DNA from: Octopus vulgaris
Taxonomy: Eukaryota
Direction of reading: 5' to 3'
Length of the DNA stretch: 64,000 nt
Assembly: GCA_951406725.2 (NCBI GenBank)
Contig: OX597814.1
Location: 222,580,001-222,644,000, forward strand
The stretch's first letter is position 1; every line of letters begins with the position of its first letter. Both the position numbers and the translations under genes were made by a program. The notes beneath the pieces are model-generated. The model worked only from the letters and a program-made list of their open reading frames with translations, ran no database searches and had not been told where the DNA came from. Shown here one piece after another: positions 55,950 to 64,000 of the stretch.

Positions 55950-56942
55950 CTGCAGACAGAAGCAGTAATATAACAGATTCAAATCATGTTTTATTTGTTC
56001 TTGTCAGTTTAGTGGGAAACGAACTCGGTGAGATTTAAAGATCATAGTGGAAGTGTATTTTTACATAAGATGTGCGATTTTAGCTTATTTTAAGTTAAAA
56101 TGATGATTAAAGAAAATTACAGTGTTTTCTGTTTTCACGACCGATGATATTATTTTCGTTGTCAGTGATATTCTTTTTTCTATCTTTCAAATCCCTGCGC
56201 ATCGTAATAGAGCTTCATTATTAGTGTCTGATACGTTGTTAAAAGAGGCTTCGCTCTGCGATATCTTACATAACATGAGAGCGATGTTTTAATAGAATTC
56301 TTCAGATAGCGTGAGGGTAGTTTGAGTCCTTATAGATGTATTGTAGGATTTCCTTAATGTTTTCATATGGATAGTATCCACAAGTTTCTCCATTTAATGT
56401 GATGTCAGAAAATTATCTATACTGAGGTCAGAGTAACGGCCGATTTTGCAATATCTGATTTTTATTTAACAAATGTAACACTAAGAAGATTCAGCCGCAA
56501 TACAACTTTCTTTCCCTGAAGTTAAATCTAAATTGTATCTAAAAGCAACTCTATTCACAAAAATCACCGGAATTGCTTCAAACTTGACGTCAGTGTAAGC
56601 ACAGCCATTTTTCCTTACTTACAAATCACTGTCAAAAGTTGTAGATTTTCTAATTTGCAAAAATCATTTTGACTACTGATTCAGTAATAGAGATGCAGTT
56701 TCTAGCGTAATTCATCATTGTGCGGGACCATGTTCTTGTGTGAGAGTCCATATCCGTGTATCTGTGAGTGTGTATTTGAGTGCACCTCAGATTTATTTAA
56801 ATGACATTCTTAAAAGTTAAAATTTAACGGAATCCAAAATACTAGGAATTATAAAATCTCTACACAATAACAACTGGCTGTACCAACGTTAGTGGGCACT
56901 CGTACATATGCACACAACAGATACACACTCAAGATCATATAT

Positions 56943-57349
56943 TTATTTCTTTATTGCTCAAAGGGACTAAACATAGAAGGGACAAATAAGGACAGATAAA
57001 GGGATTAAGTCGATTACATCAACTCCAGTGTTCAACTGGTACTTATTTAATCGACGCCGAAAGGATGAAAGGTAAAGTCGACCTCGGCGGAATTTGAACT
57101 TAGGACGGCAGAAGTAATACCTATTTCTATTTCTTTACTACCCACAAGGGGCTAAACACAGAGAGGACAAACAAGGACAGACAAACGGATTAAGTCAAAT
57201 ATATCGACCCCAGTGCGTAACTGGTACTTAATTTCTCGACCCCGAAAGGATGACAGGCAAAGTCGACCTCGGCGGAATTTGAACTCAGAACGTAACGGCA
57301 GACGAAATACCGCTAAGCAGTTCTCCTTGCGTGCTAACGATTCTGCCTT
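56943..57349 (-). mobile_element. SINE family B, 2 units
   Basis: Unit starts at 57310 and 57120; TSD actcaagatc(a/g)tatatt. Confidence 0.9.
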
Positions 57350-57788
57350 ACTCAAGATCGTATATTAACAAGCAGAAGAGATACAGAAGTACTTTCAAAT
57401 TTACTCTCTCATATAAGCTACAAATTTAAAATCTTACTCGAGATAATGCATTTAAAATCGACGCAACGATGGTAAAAAATAGATACTGTGTTATGTTTAT
57501 TACATTTCACTGGGGATTGCTATATCGAACACGCATGCTGTTTTAACATGATGCATTTTCTCAGATTGTATTTCTGATTTTTTTCTTAGTGAGTGTGTAC
57601 ATAGCAGGATGCAGAATTTTCTTGGTTTTATGAATAATTAACAGCAGTGGAAGTAAAACAGCAGAAGCATAAACAAATTGCAAAAACATGTAGGAGAAGT
57701 GAATAAGCATCGAATTGAATATCAGTAAAAACATCAGAGCTAAAAATGGTAGAATTGTATGCATCAGCAGAATCATACAAACAGTGCC

Positions 57789-57845
<57 letters not shown>

Positions 57846-58739
57846 TGTTGTTGTTGTTGTTGTTGTTGTTTTTGTAGCAGGAGCAGCAGAAGTCTTGAAA
57901 TATGATATAAATATAGTAACAATAGCAACCTCACACAATGTTCTCCTTTAGAAAGAATGCTATATGTTTTATGAACAAAAATATTAAAAGTCGTAACAGC
58001 ATTATCTTGAACCTGATTTTTCTATTTTCTTTTCACCAAAACTAATTAACAGTACACCAGGTAATCTGGGGTGTTCTAATTTTTTTAAATACAGAATATG
58101 CCTTTTAGAAACCCGACACCGCAACAACTGCCATAAGCCAATGAGGGAGTATACCTGAGAGTAATTGACTTGCTTGAAATCACAGATTAGATATTCTAAT
58201 AAATCCTTGTTGCTTTCAACAAGTGTGGATATATTAGTTACTGCGTTGTGAATATATTTTACACATAATTTTCAAGCTATTAACCGCTCTAAGGCTTTGT
58301 CAGGTATGAGTGAACTATGACTAGTTGTAGAGGTTTCAATATCTAAAACATATCCAGTGCTGTCAGCATAGAAAGTAACGATGAATATCACCAACCTTCC
58401 ACCATGGACATATCCCCATTTGCATTTTGGTTAATGGAATATCCTTCCTTCCGAATTTTGCTATTAATCTTCATAAATGCTTACGTTTCTTTCTGTCACG
58501 GTTATAAAATCAATAGATCAAAACTAGCCGACTCACTACCTTAAATACAATAGCGCATGGTTAATATATTCTCTTATGCTTATAACCTCAGCCTTTCCAC
58601 GAACTAGCAAAACACATACCTTGTGTACGTGTGTTCGATATACTTTATATCCCACGAGATACTTTAACTCATATTGGAATATCTGTCTATATATCTATCT
58701 ATTTATATATATATGTGTGTGCGCATATAATATATATAT

Positions 58740-58950
58740 ATTGCTCACAGTGGGCTGAACATACAGGGGACAAACAAAGAGATTAAGTCGATTACATCGC
58801 CACCAGTGATTAACTGGTACTTATTTAATCGACTCCGAAAGGATAAAAAGCAAAGTCGACCTCGGCGGAATTTGAACTCAGAACGTAACGTCAGATGAAA
58901 TAGGGCTAAGCATTTCGCCCGCCGTGTTAACGTTTCTGCCAGCTCGCCCC
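58740..58950 (-). mobile_element. SINE family B, single unit
   Basis: Head ggcgagctggcagaaacgttaacacggcgggcg on the - strand. Confidence 0.88.
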
Positions 58951-59409
58951 CTATAGAAGCATAGTTTTATATAAATGAAATCCTGTTTGTTCATAAGTTT
59001 GACTAGTCAGAATTCCCATCAAGAATACCAAAACAAACTTAGTATACAGTTTATGTGATGGTAACAGATTTTCGTTCTACTGAAATAGTCGATATCCATT
59101 TGAGTAATAATATATCACATTTCACAGTACCATTCTTGCAACTACTTATATGAATAGTGCAAGATATATTTGTGGTTGCGATAGAAATCTGATTACGCAA
59201 CATCTTTCAGACATATTTTAACTACATTGTGGACATTATATTACATACATTATAAAGAGTCCCACAATTCATCGTGAATTTGATACGAAAATCTTTATGA
59301 AAGCTTTACAGGTGCATGTATTTCTAATTTTCTTTCTAAATGTCATTGTTACTGACGCTCTTTTTAAGATAAAACAAAAATCTTTAGATAATACATTCAG
59401 GAAACCAAA

Positions 59410-59874
59410 GCGAGATATAAGCAGTAGCACTGACCTGTAAAGGACGCGACACTTGGTTGGCAATTATATGTTACCATTCCGTACTGCTACTGTTTATATC
59501 TTGCTCCAAGATTTAATAGAGCTTATTTCTCCTTTTTCGAGATCGGTGACAGTTAATCACTGGAAAAAGCAAATAGCATTTTGCGAGTGAAATGAGTTTT
59601 CATCACCAGCTTATGATTAGCACAGGCTGAGGACAGGTAATCTGTCAGAAATTCAAATCCGTATGTATTACGTAAGGCCAAGGATGGGGTGATGACCTTC
59701 CCTCGCAAATACTAACCGGACACAGAATGTGCATCGTTAGCCAGCTCGAGGATATGTCTTCCTGGGGCTATAAACAACAGTAGCACTGTCCTCTATAGGA
59801 CGCCGCACATAGTTGGCAATTATATGTTACGATTCTGTACTGCTACAGTTTATATCTCGCCCAAAGATTTAATA
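59410..59874. repeat. Pair of about 105-bp direct repeats, each self-complementary
   Basis: 59410-59517 and about 59765-59874 are similar; closing stem gcgagatataagcagtagca/tgctactgtttatatcttgc. Confidence 0.85.
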
Positions 59875-59890
59875 TAACCTATACATGTGT

Positions 59891-59932
<42 letters not shown>

Positions 59933-61751
59933 TGGGATTTTGAGAATCTGTGTGTGTTTCTGTTTATACGTGCATTTATATTTGCAACGTGTGTATGCTT
60001 ATACTTTATATCAGGAGACGCTATTCAATACAAAGGAACCTAATAAATGCTGGAGAAATAAAGATACGAATCGAAAGCAGAGTGAAATGGGAGAAACGAA
60101 AAAAAAGACATAAGAAGTACATCAGAATAAATACACGATGAGGCAGTGGAATTTCTCTATCAAAGGATGGTAAGTCGGTGTATTTGAGGAATTGAGGTTA
60201 TTATTGTTGTCTATCAATTTAAAACTGCTAGTCATAGAAAACAGTTCGAAATAGTAGGGTTTTATTTCCATAGGCTTGTTCCACCGTGTGACCAAAGGAA
60301 TATTTATGCCTTTCCAGTATCCATAATATCTGACAGATAGCAATAATGGAATACAAAATTTAAAAGCTTTTGCGGAAACAAGGCTTGGGCCATTCCTTTA
60401 GTTCGAAACTCAATGTGTACGTTCATTCGTATTCGAAAGAAATTTGCTAATTCCTATTTCCAGCAAGTAACAAGTAACACTCATGCATAAGTAACACTCA
60501 GCATACATGACTGTAAAGCTAGGGACAAAATTATTTCACGTTACACGCAAAACTCTGATGTTTCCCGCGATAATGCATACATGTTTGCCATATCATATTA
60601 TATTATGTAGCTTTATTTTATATATGCAGTTCCAGTGCTTCTAAGATTAAATTCACATGAAATATATTAAGCATATTATATAGAATATCATAATTTCTCT
60701 ACGCATTATTTACATAGAATAGTTATTCAGTACTAAGATAAATATTTCTATTTAAACAGTGGATTTATTATATATTTATGGTTTAAATGTGTTTTCGATT
60801 ATACTGGATGCTGTGTTAAATTATACACCACTCCATGAATAGAACTTCTCTATACATGCTTATATACATGGATATAATATATAATTGAAAGTGTTTAAAT
60901 AAATGTACATAGCCAAATCCTTGTTTTACAGAGTGTTAAATATTTAAAGAAACATTGGCCGTCACCAGCCAACATCTGCGAATCAACATTTTGTTCTAAT
61001 AAAAGAGGCCTGAAGTCCAAAATATTATCAAAACAGAAAGTCAATGGAGGTATGAATGTCATTCTTATTAACCCTTCATCGAATAATATTTTCTCTCTAC
61101 TTAAATACGATTCACCATTTAAATGTTTATAGTCTTAGAAGGTAGATTTGAGGTTAATGCCATACATCTTTCGCTATTGATTTTCTTCAGATAATTTCTT
61201 AAACCTATTTCCTGTTATACACGCATCTGTAAATATTCATTACATACAAACATTCCCACATAGGTACGACCCTACATGTGCACACATACACACAAGCATA
61301 TATGTATGTATGTATATATGTATGCATGCATTCACGTATGTATATGTACGAATTTCAGCGTGAAAGACATCCATTCAAAACACCACAGAATCTGTTACTT
61401 CGTTTAAGAATTTATTACTAGGTGCCACCAGTATCGTCGCACTAACTGACCTGGTCACTGACACGTTTGAAGTGAGATTGTAAATGTACGAGGTCAGAAG
61501 ACTAAACGTGGGCATATTTTCTCATCGGTTGAGATAAATCCTTATTCGCCTTGGACTGAGATATCTCATTCGTATTTTGGTTGTTATGAAGTAGTTTTGT
61601 CGTTCCACTTGTCTGTTAGAGTCAAATGATTTTAAACGTGTCACTTATATCTTTCAAAATATTCCATTTTTTCCCCCACATTTATACGGATTCGAAATGT
61701 AACACAAAATCAATTAAATTTATCTGTAGACTTGAATTTTAAATAACACTT

Positions 61752-61937
61752 TCTAGAGTAGAAAAGAGGCCTGAAATTTGGTAAGTGGGAGCTAGTCAAT
61801 AACGTCGACTCTAGTGATTAACTGGTACTAAATTCGACGACTCCGGTAGATTGAAGACCAAAGTGGAAACTTGAACTCAAAACATAAAGACGCAGCAAAT
61901 TTTGCGAACCATTTTCTCTTGTGGACAGCTCGCCACT
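61752..61937 (-). mobile_element. SINE family B, old copy
   Basis: aggcctgaaattt, aactggtact, ttgaactca, cagctcgcc match family B. Confidence 0.6.
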
Positions 61938-64000
61938 TTCTTATATTTTAGATGATAATAAAGACTAGTTGACAAAATTTAGCTGGGGAATACGTTTGGA
62001 GAAGAGATGGTTGACACAAGTATAGAGAAATAATTTTCACCGGTCACAAAGGCTACCTTCACATTTCAACGTATCCTTTACGTGGAAACCATATCTGCTA
62101 GAAATAGAGCCGAATCTCTCAAATAAAATTCCTGTTCTCTGAAACAAGGGGAGATATATTTAGCCAACTTATTTATGAACAAATGAAGGCTGGACTTTCA
62201 CCGTTGGAATGCCTTTGATCATAGATATTTTCTGTCCGCGCTGACCCGTGACTAACAAGAATAACAAATGCTGCATACCCTTCGGAATCCATGAAGAAAA
62301 TGCATTTGTCCATATTTGATTTTAGAACACGTGAGGCATAGTTATAGAGCAAGTTATTACGTAACATTAACACCAATAGCTTTCTCTTTTTCCTCAATAG
62401 CTTCCCTTACAAAGGAAGAAATTAACTTCTTTGTCTTTTTTGGTTTTGAATATAAATATATTTAACGCAAAATTGCCAACTTTCTTTTATGTTTCATTCT
62501 GAAAATAAAACATAGACATATCGTTGCTCTAACCAGATGTTTTATTGCATACATTTTGCAGAGTTGTTTGTGTAAACCATAGCTATAAATATCAAAATTA
62601 AAGAAAAATAGAGGTCATTGATTACATATTGTTTGGCTACAAAAAAAAATTGGAAGAAGAAATACTATATATTTTCAATCTAGGCGAATCGTGAAGAAAC
62701 CAATGTATTGAAAGATAGATTTTACGTAAGATTAATGATAAGATTAATGTGATACATCATATGAGTAGATTAATGTTCAAAAATTTAATTTATCTGTAGC
62801 GTATCAGAAAGAAATGTTCCATTAGATTTTCCTTTGATGCAACGTCAGATACATAAATGAAACAGAATGCAAATAAAGTTACAGACACTTATTCCTATCA
62901 CACACGTCTCTAATATGATTCATTATCAAATATTTGCTTAAATGTATTTAACGTTATCCTATCATTTACCTACACGTTAAGCCTGTAAGGGATAAAAATC
63001 TCAAGAAAAATGTCAGAAATTCACAGCTACGGTAACTATATCGTTTCACCTATGTTTCTGCTCCTTTCCCTGATAGAGCTTCTTTAAGCATTTTGATTTT
63101 TTCAGCTTAGTCTACGCCTAAATATCATTAAGCTATTTTCTCCTAGCTCGGTCTCTTCCCTTTTTACTATCTATTATTCACAATATGTATGATCGACCCA
63201 ATCATTATAACGCTGACACCGAAGCACTGTCTATTTTTCTACGCTTATATTAAATTCATGTTTCTTTCAACGACATTATAAAAAGATGAAACTATAAAAA
63301 AAAATTTTCTCAGTAAAAACTCCGTGACTCTTTTTCTTCTAATTTTTTTGGTTGGAATACAAAAGATTATAAGAGAGCCTTTAATTGGTCACTTGACATG
63401 CTAAAAATAGCAAAAATCACACACCACTGTTTAAATAGAGAAAACACTTTGGAATATATAGTCCTGTATATTCACAAAGAGATCAGATCCGAACGCCTTT
63501 GATCATGTGTCTGCTCTTTGAAAACTGAATAAAAGCTAAAAAAATGTTAATACAACAAAAGGCTGCAATAATGCCATTTTATTTTATTTTTATAATTCGC
63601 TGAATAGAATAATAAGGATAATAACTTATTGATTAGTTACAGTATATTTATGTGTCAGCTAACTAAATAGATTAATAATAGAAATCTAACAGAAAATATA
63701 TGGAAGGCAATGACTATATTTGTGATGTCTGGAATTTAAACAGCAAGAAAAGGAAGAAAATATTGGAAATAGACTTGTCTGGAAAGCAATCGATTTTACT
63801 CTCTTTCCTGGTAACTTCTTAAATACTATGCCGATCACCGAAAAGTACGAAAAGTATTACAATATTTAAAGAAATATTCTAACGCTGCAGTTTCTCAACG
63901 TCCAGATAATTACTAAAAACCACTATGAAATTGTTTTTAAATAGACTGAGAATACGTTTAACGTAGAGAAAATAGGCCCCATCTGAATAATTGATCTCAA

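Noticed and set aside
57561-57951. Hydrophobic membrane-like ORF
   Set aside because: Built from (GTA/GTT)n and decayed triplet repeats.
59625-59660. CTGAGGA-CAG..CTG-TCA-GAAA
   Set aside because: No convincing stem III or stem I.
60122-62397. Short ORFs at 60122 and 62173 as upstream exons
   Set aside because: No consistent splice sites or recognisable homology.

Overview
AT-rich, microsatellite-dense eukaryotic intergenic/intronic DNA. The repeat landscape is very like an Octopus genome (inference from SINE sequences and repeat content). There is no complete protein-coding gene; nearly all listed ORFs are microsatellite artefacts. Contents: decayed transposons (R4/Dong-type RLE LINE, two CR1-group LINE fragments, a mariner pseudogene, a non-autonomous Helitron, a Tc1/mariner-type MITE), about 20 tRNA-derived SINE copies in three families, and one possible terminal exon. 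The most striking unexplained signal is a set of about 10 type-I hammerhead ribozyme (HHR) motifs, some intact and some decayed, in short elements that mostly end at (TA)n tracts (Penelope-pLTR/retrozyme-like). Six lie within about 3 kb, including convergent pairs, and four carry a poly(A) hexamer inside stem/loop II, 17-26 nt upstream of the predicted cleavage site. Also seen: fold-back inverted duplications centred on microsatellites and apparently self-targeting SINE tandem arrays. All coordinates and pairings were read by eye and nothing was computed.
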